Assembly: GCA_028534125.1 (NCBI GenBank) | Contig: CM052818.1 | Span: 21,888,001-21,952,000, forward strand | Direction: 5' to 3' | DNA from: Lama glama | Lineage: Eukaryota | Length of the DNA stretch: 64,000 bases | In this document: positions 50,504 through 62,086 of the stretch, one piece after another | How the letters are laid out: each line of letters begins with the position of its first letter | Numbering within the stretch: the first letter of the stretch is position 1 | Translations under genes and position numbers: made by a program | Notes under the pieces: model-generated | The model's database searches: none | Told to the model about the DNA's origin: nothing | Seen by the model: only the letters and a program-made list of their open reading frames with translations

Positions 50504-53500
50504 TGGAGGGCACTGGATCCTGGATCCTGGCAAGTGGAGAACAAAATTAGAGAAAGAGAACTTCATAGTGGTCTCTCAGGGTATGTGACCTCTAAAATTA
50601 CTTGACTTTCTGCACTGCCTGGGACTCCTCCTGTAGGGTTACCCACTGTCTACATGAATGGCTCTCCCTCAAACTGTACAGTGCACAGCCTGTACCCAGT
50701 GGCACTAGAAAAGGAACTCTCTCCCTTTGTCATCACACCCTGCTTGGCACCCAAATCCAAGAATAAAAGGGAAGGAGGAAAAACCCTTCCCACCACATCT
50801 GTTTGCAATCTTAGTTTTTAAACTCTCCACTTAGACTATAAGCTCCTTGAGGACAGTCCACATGATTTCATTACCCATGTTCCTGACACGAAAATATCTA
50901 GCACCCAGATGTGCACACTGAAGACAGGCAGCCAAGATTTGCAGGTAAAACAACAGATGGAAACATTCAGTCCAGCTTTTGTCACGGAGCCTGAGGGTAC
51001 CAGTACCCCCAGGTCCCTCTGGAGGGGATGCTCTCTCCATATTGACCCTTCCTCTGCCCTCCAGTGAGGGACTCAGGACAAAGAGAGGCAGTGGGCATTG
51101 GCACTGCACTCTGGAATGTTCATTACGGACTCTCCTCTAAGCAACCACGGCCCTCTGCTCATCCCACTACGAAAACAATTATCTCTTGAAGTAAATGTTA
51201 CCTGTGTGTGTCTGCCTTTCCCAGTAGAGTGTGAAAACTCCATGCAACACTGCACATTAAAAGGCACTCAACAATTTAGGCTAATAAACAAACACACACA
51301 AACATATTAATGAAAGAGATCCTTTTCAGGTAGGAGGCAAAAACTGCAGCTAGGGAAGTAAAGGCTGTCAGACTAGGTACATTTCAGAGCATTGCAGAGC
51401 AGGGGGAGACAGAGCTGGGGCCTGGGCCCTGGTTGCCATGTGTTCCATTTCCTGTACGACAGACCCCCTCTATCCCAGCCAGACCTGATGCAACTCCAGG
51501 GGGGAAAAGAATGTTTCCGCTTTCAAATTTACCTGCCTCAGGAGGCAAAACAAAATGATAGCTAAACCTCCACAGCAGCCAGCTGTCTTGTGATGGAAAA
51601 CATCCAGCCCTTTGGTTCATTGGATTTTGATCCACGATAAAACTTCCCGCTAGAAACCAATATTGACATCTCACCACCTCCAGGTCAATAGAACTTAATG
51701 AATCTTGATGTCACCTCCTCTTTCTCTACTCCCTTCACTCAGCACTGCCTGCCTCACTCAGCACTGCCCGCCACACCCATGCACGGGTGTGCACATTCAG
51801 CCCTTGTTAGCTGATTGATCAGAGCATTTTCTTCCTGTCCTTTGAAACACAGATGGCAACACTCAGCTGTTGATCTGGGGCCCGTGCTGTTCTTATGGTA
51901 ATGGTAGTGTCTAGTTTGGGCAGCTCTAGGGGCACTTGGCAGTTCCAGGTAGTATGGGTGCTTTGCTTAAAGGCAGCCCCTGGTTACTGGTAATGAGGAT
52001 GGAAGAAAACCTCTAAGCTTGGACCCTCCAGCCCAAAAGAGCAACTAGAGAAGTCCCACTGCACTGATTTCATGCTGTCCCCCTCCCCAGATGTATCCCT
52101 CCCACCTGATTACCTAGTAATTAGCAGCCAATCATGCTGGAGGTGCCAAGCGCTGCATCCTTTACCTGTGTTATCTCATCTGTTCATCTTAACAGATCTA
52201 TGACATCTACTGCAACAATCTTCATGACTAACAAGAAAGTAAGCCTCAGAGAGGATAATTAATTTACCCAAATCCACATAGATATTATCTTGCTGAGTAT
52301 GACCTGAAACCTCTTCTATCTGACCCCTAAATCCTTGCTTGCAACCTCTGTAGCATAGGGTCTAGTCCATGTTGCTTCTCAAGTTAATTGAGTTATTATT
52401 AGCATTAAAGATGAGGACAATTAAGACTCAGAGAAAGTAAGTAATTTATCCAGTTTCATCCATCCAGAGGTGATACCTGGGTTCAAACCCCAGTCCAGCT
52501 GCCTGCAGAACCTAGCCATAGTTGGCTGGGTTTGCGTTTTCTGCCCATGCCTCTGCTGAGTCCAGTCCCACTCCCACCCCCACATTCCCCCTAGTTCTCC
52601 CAGCTCTTAGCAAAACACATCCCACCTTCCCATCCTTGACCCCCATCTTCTCTGCCTAGGTGATATTCTCTCCTCCGGCCCTCCTCGAGTCCCATCTCCT
52701 TCAGGAAACTGTCCAGAAGAGAGTTCCCAAAGTGCTACTTGTCTCAGCCACCCACAGGGCAGGCCTCATTGCTACCATGTCCACCATGTGCATTTAGCCC
52801 TGTGCATCTCTGTGAGCAGAGATGTCTGAGCTCCAGGGCTGGACCACGTGCTCCCTTATCTTGTACTTCTTCGAACCTCACTCTCCCTGCCCACTGTGCC
52901 GGGCACTCAGGAAGGGTGAGCATCTGAGGATGGTGAGTTGACATGGTGTGAGCAGGTTCAGCGGGTATTTATTTAATGTCCACTATGTGCTGCCTGCTGT
53001 GGGAGGCCCCTGTACACGTGTCACCTCACTTAAGTCTATTTAAATCTCTCCTGTGTGCCCACTGGCTTCCCTCTTCACACAGTGCACAGGGTTATGGCTT
53101 CCATGTCTTTATGAGGCAAAAACTGGTCCACTTGATTCCTATGAAAAAGAGAAACAAGAGAACTTGTTCCTTGAGTTAAGAAGCAAGCAGGTGCACATCG
53201 CAGCTTGAAGAGGATTTAGGCAGGGCTCCTCATTTCCAAAACGTTTACCCTACTAGCTGTCATTATAGCTTCCTTCCTTTAGGAATTTTTTTATTCCTCC
53301 TCTGAGGTCCCTTCTAAAATGCAACCCCTCTCCCCAGCTTCCTTGTGGTATTAAGCCTCATCAGCAGGTTTCATAACTGAGAATCGGGAAGAATGGGACT
53401 TGGGACAAGTACCTGGGGGCAGGGAATACAGTCCAACTCCTTAAAATGGCTCAGTGTACCCATCAGGATCTGGCCTCTACCTGCCCCCACCAACTTTATT

Positions 53501-53600
53501 TCTTTTCACTCTTGCCTTTTAACACCAAAAGCCTGTAGCATCCAATTTCATACCCTTCATCATTCCCTGCTCTCTTTTCCTCTCCAGCGTTTAGACATAC

Positions 53601-54137
53601 TGTTGCAGAAAAATGTGTTACAGCTCAGATGTGACAGCAACCTCGATCCCAGCGAGAGACCAAGCAGCACTCGGAGAGTCAGAGAATCCAGGTTTATTAT
53701 GCCAGCAGGCCTAGATGAGTTAACACTCCAAACTCTGGACCTTGTCTGTAGGTTTACACAGGACTTTATAGGCTGCCAGTTTTACACTTTGCAACATCAT
53801 ATGCAAATAAAGCATAACAGAAGTTGACCAACTAGGAACAAGCTTTGTAGAAATAGACCAATCAGGAGTGAGCTCCATGCAAATGAAGTACTACAAATGG
53901 ACCAATCAGAAGTTAGGGAAGTGGACCAATCAGAAGTGAGAGTAATAACCAATCAAGAATGAAGGAAATAACCAACCAGAAGTGAGCTCAGGGAACCAAT
54001 AGAACTTTAGGGGTAAGTAAGCCGTTTCAGAGGCAAAAAGTGAGATAGAGCTACCCCATCAGGGAACTGGATGGTGCTGGCAGGAGAGTAGTGGCCCTGC
54101 TTGGAGGTCCTGCCAGTCTTTTTATGGGGCTTCTGCA
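53601..54137 (-). mobile_element. Solo ERV LTR with a CCAAT-box array
   Basis: Terminal tg..gcagaa / ttctgca; AATAAA on the minus strand near 53693; repeated (g/a)accaatcag units at 53826-54000. Confidence 0.8.
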
Positions 54138-56039
54138 CTCACTTCTTTGGCTGTCTTAACTCCTATTCATCTTTCAAATTTCAGGTAAGACATCACTTCC
54201 TCTAGGAAGCCTTCCCTACTCATCTCAGTCTGTGTATCCCCATAGCTCCTTCTGCTTCCCTAATCGTAGTGCACTTACTATGTGGTCATTTATTACCTGT
54301 CTCCCCAGCTGACTGTGAGCTCCAAGGGCACCGGTTCCGTGTTGGACTTTGCGCTGTCCCAGCACCGGACACTGCCTGGCACATAGTAGTCACTCAAAGA
54401 GCGTTCACTGAATGAATCAACAAGCTGGGCCTGAATGGACAGACGAGTGTACTGGGGACAGACTTCACCTCCTTCACATCAAGGAATTACCTCGTTCGAG
54501 CCCCATGTAGTTTTCCTAACTGCAGACAAGCCCTGCTAAAAAGCCTACTATAGACTGATCACAAAGGACTCTGAGAATGTGCATAATTCCTGCAATGCAT
54601 TCCCAAGCCCAGATGTACAACTTTTGATGGGAGACAATATGCCAATGTGCCTGAGGGTTTATGTGCCCACCCCAGAAGCTTAGACATCACCGCAGACCAC
54701 CAACACTGTATTAGCATGAATGGGGCTTCCAGGGTCCTGGGGAAAATTATAAAGGTGATTTTGGAGCCAAGGGTCAGATTCCCATTGTACATAAATGGGA
54801 GGACAAAGACTGTCCTTCAATCCCTGAGACACATGCCTGAGAGAGGCCAAGAATTCCGTCTGATACAGGATAGCAGTGCACGGCAGGCTCTCTGCTTTTG
54901 GTAACGTGGGCAGCACAGGCCGTGTTCTGCTTAAGAGCCTCCAGGGAGGCATGGTCCAGGTCTCTGGGGAGAGGAAGAGAGGAACTTGAAAGAAAAGAGC
55001 TACTTTTGAAGAGATATAATTACAAGAGGCTGAACCTTGCAAGTTCAGCTGAAAGGCTCACTCAAGGTACACTTCTCTCCATTTGAAGTATGAATTGTGG
55101 TGATGGTCGTAACTGGCCATAATTGAGAGCTTATGATGTGCCCACTCCTGATCCCAGTGCTTTACAAATATTAACCAAATAATCCTCTCCACACCTTGTG
55201 ACGAGGTAGGTCCTATTCTTACCCCCATTTCATAGATGAGAGCAGACCTGGCAGGTGACTAACCCAGGATCACGTAGTAAATAGAGGGGAAAAAAAGGGA
55301 TTTGACTATAACTCAATAAAAAAATGTTTTTTTTTTAAAAAAGGGGGGGATTTGAATTCACACACTCTGGCTTCAGAGCCCACAGGCTTAGCTGAGATCC
55401 TTGGCAGGATGGAGCGGACTGGCCATCAGTGCAAATGACTGGAATGACCATCCAATGGCACTAAGACTGGTTCGTGGTACTTGCACTCATTAAGCATTTT
55501 CTCTGCTGTATGACCAACACGGAGTCAGGCACTGGGCACATGGGGGTAAGTAGAATCCAGTCTCTGGCCTTGAGAGGCTCTCAGTCTAAGTGTGGACAGT
55601 TTTGTGGTAACGGCTGTAAGGGCTGAGAGGTGGAAGTCAAGATGGGGAAGCCCTGCCCCATGCCTGGGGAGGATTTATGAAGTAGGAGGCATTCATCCGG
55701 ATCTGGAAAGAGAGAGCTATGATTCGGGCTTTATCTCTTTGTGCCCTGATTCTGTTCAGGAAATATCTGAAGGCCAAGGACTGTGTTTTACTCATCTTTG
55801 TGTCCCCAAGTGCCGGCACAATGAAATGGCAAAGAGCAGGTGTTGAATAAATGCATATGGAATAGATGAATGAGTAAAGTGAGGAAACGGAATGAGTTGT
55901 AAAGAACTCTAAATTTGGGAGCAGAAGCAGGCAAAATAAACTTTTAGGAGATCCAGGTAGAAATAAAAACCAGAGTGAGTAATGCAGAATAAGAAAAAAC
56001 CCCTCTACATCCAGCTCTTTATGAGATTGAGCTCTGCTG

Positions 56040-57205
56040 GAAGTCTCTGCTTGTGGTCCTGGTCCTCTTCTGTCTAGACAGGCTGAGGGCAGAGATGGTC
56101 CTGTTGATGCTGCCATTGTGTCTGGAACTTGGGCAGGAAGGAAGCTTCCTAGAGAAAGTTAGCAGTGCCTGCAATCACATAATACATACACATTGTTCCA
56201 GAAAGACCTCCAAATACTATAGATCTCATGACGACAACTGGCAGCTTCCTGCAACTCCAGCTTCCAGCCCCCAGAGCGGGACCTATATGACTCTATCACC
56301 TGCCCTCGGTCACCTTGGCCTCCTCAGACTATTCTCAAGGTGGATAGGGAGTGATGAAACCCCAGGGTCAAGCTCTCTGCTTTTAATGTCACCTCTGCCA
56401 CCAATACCACCAAAGGGACCGTGAAAGACCTTAAATAAACAACAACTCATTGAGTATCATGATCTCAAATTTTAAAATCTGCACTAAAAAGAAAAAGAAA
56501 GAAAGAAAAAGAAAAACCTAAATATCTAACAAACAAAAGGTTGGTTAAATGAATTATAGTATACCCATGCAATGAGATATTTAGCAGCCATTTAAAACGA
56601 TGGTGTAGATTTTTATTGACATGAAAAGATATTTAAGACATATTAGTAAGTAAAAAAATAAGTTATAAAACAGCTTGTAGATATATATGTAGATGTAGCT
56701 ACATATTGGGGGGGGAAGCCTGGGAAGATATACATCAAATGTTAAATGCTGGTTATTTCCAGGTTGCATCCTCACAGATAATTTTTGTTTTGTTTTCTAT
56801 TCTTTATTCTTAACTTGCATACAATGAGCAATCAACGAGTAATCATAAAAGGTCTGTCTGAGTGAGACTCTTGGGTGATTTTAAAAGCAGTCAGCCTGAC
56901 CCTGGGGTTTCATCAACCCCTCCCTCCTTTGAGAACAATCTGAGAGGCCCAAAGGTGATCTGGAATGGGTGCTAAGATCATGTTGGGTCACACGTTGCTG
57001 ATTGGAAGTTGGAGTGGCAGGAAACTGCCAATTACAGTAAAACCTGCTGTGTTTAGGAGGGTTTTTTTGGATAACAATATACAGTTCTGATTGCAGGCAG
57101 TGCTAATTTTCTCCTTTCTGCCCTAATTTCCAGAGTTACTGGCAGCACCATCAGGTGATGGTACCTGGGACTGGGAGAGGAGACCTCTTCCAAGCAGCAG
57201 AGATG
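56040..57205. repeat. Diverged inverted repeat (arms ~56040-56393 and ~56874-57205) around an old L1M 3' fragment
   Basis: gatgaaaccccagggtca.gct..ctgctttta (left) pairs with taaaagcag..agc.tgaccctggggtttcatc (right); gagaaa.ttagca.tgcctgcaatca pairs with tgattgcaggca.tgctaa.tttctc. Confidence 0.85.
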
Positions 57206-59349
57206 GTCCAGGTCAGCTCTGATGAGTTTCCCCCACCTGCCAGTTTTATTTCCTCTCCTTCTTCAGTTTAGTCTCAACTCAATCAGAGGTGAGCCTGGGC
57301 TGGGAGCAGATCACTTTACTCACCATTATTTCACTGTCTGCATTTACCTCCTGCCCAAGAGGCCAGCTCACTTTTCCACTGTAAATTATTTATATACAAA
57401 AGCTCAGAAAAGATCCTTGATCTTCTCCTCCCAACCCCTCCAGGGTCTTGCCTCCAGTACTTTAATTCTCTCCCTCTGTTGTCTTCCTGGACATCTTCTT
57501 TAGCTCTCAGTCTGTCTTTCAACAACATTTAGGGCTGGAGTTTGGGGAAAGCGGGGAACTGAGTCAAGGGTGTCAGTTCCTGAAGGATCAGACCTAGTTA
57601 GCAAAATAAAGCCCCTCTCTCTGGCCAGGACTGGAGTGGCTTCCATGGTCATGTCGAGCTGCTCCACCAAAGAAAAGGATGGGGAGCTCTTCCCCACCCA
57701 GCCCTTGACTCAGACATACCCATGAGTACCCCATACACAGACTGTCTGTACACAAATATACTGCATTCGGAAATGCCACGGGCAGTCATGCATATGTGCA
57801 CGCTCCACGGATGCATCCTCAGACATATACAGACACCAGCATGCATTCTCTTAGGCATCCAGACCTGTAAGTCTAGATGCACAGATAACACAGCATTGGA
57901 AAGTACCCAACAATGTGCAGACACCCACAGACACAACTGTGCATTCTCACACATGCAGACCTTGATACTTAATCACAGAGACATGAGCGCATATAAACCT
58001 GTTACGAAGAAGACAGCTGACAGATCACCTGTCCCTAGACAGAGACCATTACCACCCACCCTTGAAACTGGGATTGCTCTGTCTCGCAGGACATTTGTGT
58101 GGGAAGTTGGCATCCCCTTTGACAATGGGCTCAGCCCTCCTCTGTCTCCTGCTCCCCTGCCAGCTTTCTCCTCCCTGTCCCCCTGTTGCCCCATTTTTTT
58201 TTCATCCAGAGCTGTGCCCAGCCAAAGGGAATGCTAATCACCATGACAGAACTGTTTCCACCTGTTTACATCTCTGATCACCTCCCCCTAATGCCATTTT
58301 AGCAGCGGGGAGGAGGCCTGCTGTGCGGCCACTGTGAGAGGGGGAAGGAATGAGCGAGAGGAGTTGGAGTGTGAAAAGGATCCTCACTAAGTGACTCCCC
58401 ATTCCAACAGCCACACACAAGATGCACATAATTGCTTTTAGCACAGTGGGATGGATAGAGATACAAAAGGTCAAATCAAGGATTTGTCCCATAATATCTT
58501 TGCTAAGCAGCGGCATCAGACGTCGGAAAAGCATATTCATGAATTGAGTTGCCAGAGTGTGGGGCAGGTTTTTTCAGAGGCGGCTGTGTGTTCCCTCTTT
58601 GAGGTGTGCCTGCCGTGGTGATTGGATTCACACGGAGCAAGTGACTTCTCAATGCTCAACAAAGCTCTGCCTGTGAATTGGACTAAATAGACTACTTGGC
58701 AGGCAGCTGAGATAACTATGCTAAGTGAATTTCATAGTTGCTCCCACTTCCCTTCTGCCCAAGCCTGCTGGAAAATGCAGGATAAAGGCCAAACCCCTGA
58801 GCATGGCATTCAAGGCCCTCCACCAGCTGACCCAAATTAATCCTTCCAGGCACTCCCCAACATGAATGTTGGATGTCCACCCCACTGGGCCCTTCTCCAA
58901 TCTCTGAATGCATCAGGAGACTGGCTGCTTTAATGCCCTTGCCCGTGGCATTCCCCAGAATGCACTGTCCTTCCTCACTCACTCCATCCCTACTTCAGGC
59001 TTGACTCAAGTCCTAATTTCACCAATCCTTTCCTCATCCCCCTACCTAGAAGAGACCAAGCCCTTTTTGGAAGTAGGAGGACGGCAGGATAATAGAGAAA
59101 GATCCTGGTATCAGATAAAATGACAACAAGGTCACTGGGGTTGGTGTGTTGAGAACAGTCTATGGGGTGGGGGAGGGGAGCAGAAGCAGAATGCAGCTCA
59201 GACGCTATTGCAATCACCTAGCGGAGGGAGGTGGAGGATTTGAACCAGGGGGACAGCAGTGAAGGGGGTGAGCAAAGGTTATATTCCGTTCTATGTTGAA
59301 GGTAGATTTGAAAGGAATTGCCCAAGGACTGATTGTGGGGTATAAAAAA

Positions 59350-59472
59350 AGAATGTGTACCTAGCATGCACAAGGTCTTGGGTTCAATCCCCAGTACCTC
59401 CATCAAAGATAAATAAATTTAAAAAACCTAACTACCCCTCCCCCAAATAAAAAAAATTAAAAATTAAAAAAA
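59350..59472 (+). mobile_element. 5'-truncated Vic-1-like SINE within an L2
   Basis: cctagcatgcacaaggtcttgggttcaatccccagtacctcca plus tail. Confidence 0.85.
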
Positions 59473-59697
59473 CATTAAAGATGATTACAAGATTTTTGAT
59501 CTAAGCGTTCACTGACAGGCAGAAAGAACAAATTTGGATGGTAGATCTTAAGATCTAATTCTGGACATACTGGAGGTGCCTATTAGGTCTCCAAGTAGAG
59601 AAGTCAAGACTGAGGTGAAAACCAGGAGAGGGCAATATCTTGGAAGGAAGTATTTTAAGGAGAAAGGCATGATCAGCTATGTCAAAAACAGCCATAA

Positions 59698-59872
59698 GGA
59701 GGGAGGGTGTAGCTCAGTGGTCGAGTGTGCACTTAGCATGAATGAGGTCCTGGGTTCAATCCCCAGTAACTCCACTAAAAATAAATAAACCTAATTACCT
59801 CCCCTCGCCCACAAAAAACTAATTTAAAAATTCAGAAAAACAAACAACAACAAAAAAAACCAACCCTTAAAA
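59698..59872 (+). mobile_element. Vic-1-like SINE within an L2
   Basis: GGAGGGAGGGTGTAGCTCAGTGGTCGAGTGTGCACTTAGCATGAATGAGGTCCTGGGTTCAATCCCCAGT plus A-rich tail. Confidence 0.9.
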
Positions 59873-61716
59873 AAACCAGCTAATAGGCCTAGTGAGATGC
59901 CAACCAAGAACTGACCATTGTGCTTACAAAATAGTGGAGGCAAAAGCTGGGACTGGAGTGGTTTCCGGAGCGAATAGTGAACTTTTGACAAGTTTTGCAA
60001 AAAAGGGAAGCAGATCAATGAAGTGGAGTAGTGGGATCAAAAAAGGATTTTTTATAGGAAAAAAAACTGTTTTCAAAACACATTTGCCCTCACCCTCTGC
60101 TGCCTCCTATTTCTCTTGCCCAGAAATGGACAATGTTACAGAATTTACCAAACTCAAGTCCACTGTTCGGCTCTCCGTGATTCCAGGAATCCCCATCCGA
60201 AGTTTCGCTGAAACCAGAATGATTCTTTCCTATTTAAACCCAGTCCTGTGGTTCTGGCCCCATCAACATTTCTCCTTCCCAACATCATGGCCAATTTATC
60301 ATTCTTTTTTCCAAATTTCTCTTCTAAAACCAAGAAGGAAAGGAGATTTATTTTTCAGAGGAGTCATATATTCTCCAGTAAGTAGTGTTGGCAAATCAGA
60401 GTTTCTCCTAGCAACTTAAAAACATATAACAAATAATTTAAAAATTTAATATTCTCCATGAGGGGGAAAAAAATCTCTGGCATATCAACTGTAGAGATAT
60501 TAAGTGCATTTTCAGCTTTCAGAAAACACGCTGCATGTCATAATTTCATTAGCCTATTGTGTGGAGCAAGCCATCGTGAGGGGGTCTGTCATGTCTCCAT
60601 TATTCCCAACCCCCACTGGAGTTTAATCACATTCAAGGCTATTTGCAACTATGGTTTCCCATTTCAAATCACATTAGGCTAAAATTAAGCCTATAACTTA
60701 TACTTTGGGATGTAAATATACAACATTTTCCATCAGCGTATTCCACTGTTTAAGTTGCTTCTGTGTGATGTCAAGGAAAAATAGAAGAAAGACATCCAAC
60801 TTAGTGTGAAAATTTGAGAACCATTTACTGTAATTTTCCTGAAGGTCATCTCTGGGAGGGAAATAACCGGGAGGGCTACTCATCTTTCACTGGCTGTGTG
60901 GCTGGAATCCTGTCAATCTCATACCAATGTTTGTGAAAAGGTCAGTTGCCCCTCTCAACGCGATGGGTCTTTTTAAAATGGCAATTTGGAGGTGGCTCCT
61001 GGGTTCCCCGTGGTCCCTGACTTCACAGAGAGCTGCCAGTTAGAGTTGCATAGGCTGTGACTCATGTTGTCTGGAGTTGTGCAGTGCACAACAGATACAA
61101 CTACATGCTGTAGCACTGCTCCAGAGAGCTCACGTGGGTTGAAAAAGAGAAACAGGGAGCAAATACCTTGAGTTTCTTCTCCAGCAGTGGCCCTGCCTTT
61201 ACTGGCACTGCATCCCTCTCTGCTCCATTCCAGTGGAGAGGACTACGAGCACTAAATGTGCCACCGTCATCACACTGTTCAAAAATATCCCACGTGTGAT
61301 AGCGAATGTGGGCTGGCAACCATCATGCACAAAGGAAACCACAACACAACTGTGGGCTCGCTCCACTCCTATGTGCTCAGAAAAATTGTTCCCAGGTCCC
61401 CACACAGGAAGCAGCAGAACCTTGTGATAGCTAGAGAACCCATGTCCTGCACACCCCCAGCTGAGGCTGAACCTCCAGCTCCTACTGCTCAAGAAACATA
61501 ACACCCAGGCATTCAGGAGCCCCTTCTCGCTCCTCTCCTCTCCTCCTCCATACGTCTCCTTGGAGTTTTCCTATACTTCCGCCTTCTCTGCAGGATATGG
61601 CTCCATCATGGACCACATTCAGCTTTTTGAGGGGATTTGGGGTCTCTCAGAGGGAAACAGCTACAAGGTAATAGCCTTTTTCTTGTTGATATCAATTATA
61701 TCTTACCAAAGACCCC

Positions 61717-62086
61717 GTTATGAACTAAATGTGTGTGTGTGTCTCTCCTGAATTCGTATGCTGAAACCCTAATCTCCAATATGATGGTATTTGGAAGCAG
61801 GACCTTTGGGAGGCAATTTGGGTTAGATTAGGTCATGAGGGTGGGCTCATGATGGGATTAATGCCCTTATAAAAAACCAAAGAGACACAAGATCCATCTC
61901 TCTCTGTACCACACAGGGAGAAGGCAGCCGTCCATAAACCAGGAAGTAGGCTCTTACGAGAACCCGAGCATGCTGGAGCCCTGACCTTAGATTTCTGGCC
62001 TCCAGACTTGTGAGAAATAAATGTTTGTTGTTTAAGCCACCAGCTTTTGGCATATTTTGTTATAGGAGCCGACACGGACGAAGATA
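61717..62086 (+). mobile_element. MLT1A/B MaLR solo LTR
   Basis: aattcgtatgctgaaaccctaatctccaat...gtcatgagggtggg...gatgggattaatgcccttataaaa...gagaaataaatgtttgttgtttaagccacc. Confidence 0.9.

Larger units (their letters stand above)
42392..61667 (+). pseudogene. Distal decayed exon candidates: 42392-42745, 45246-45452, 54526-54900, 60124-60377, 60845-60940, 61185-~61667
   Basis: Polypyrimidine-AG acceptors and donors (|GTAAAG, |GTGAGC, |GTAACG, |GTAAGT, |GTCAGT). Lengths 354, 207, 375 and 96 nt are multiples of 3. 60124-60377 joined to 60845-60940 reads open (EMDNVTEFTKLKSTVRLSVIPG...VIYSP|VISGREITG...VCEK). Identity unknown. Confidence 0.35.

Noticed and set aside
53826..54000. Regularly spaced short repeats considered as CRISPR-like
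   Set aside because: Mammalian LTR context, degenerate CCAAT units, no unique spacers and no cas genes.
57722..58237. 171-aa + strand ORF
   Set aside because: Its first half lies in CA/TG-rich low-complexity sequence, giving H/T/C/M-biased composition; no domain.
4083..61667. Identity as a left-right organiser gene lost in cetartiodactyls (CIROP, MMP21, PKD1L1, DAND5, C1orf127)
   Set aside because: No metalloprotease, PKD/REJ, cystine-knot or ZP-like motifs seen; the recognisable domains are ankyrin and RAMA.
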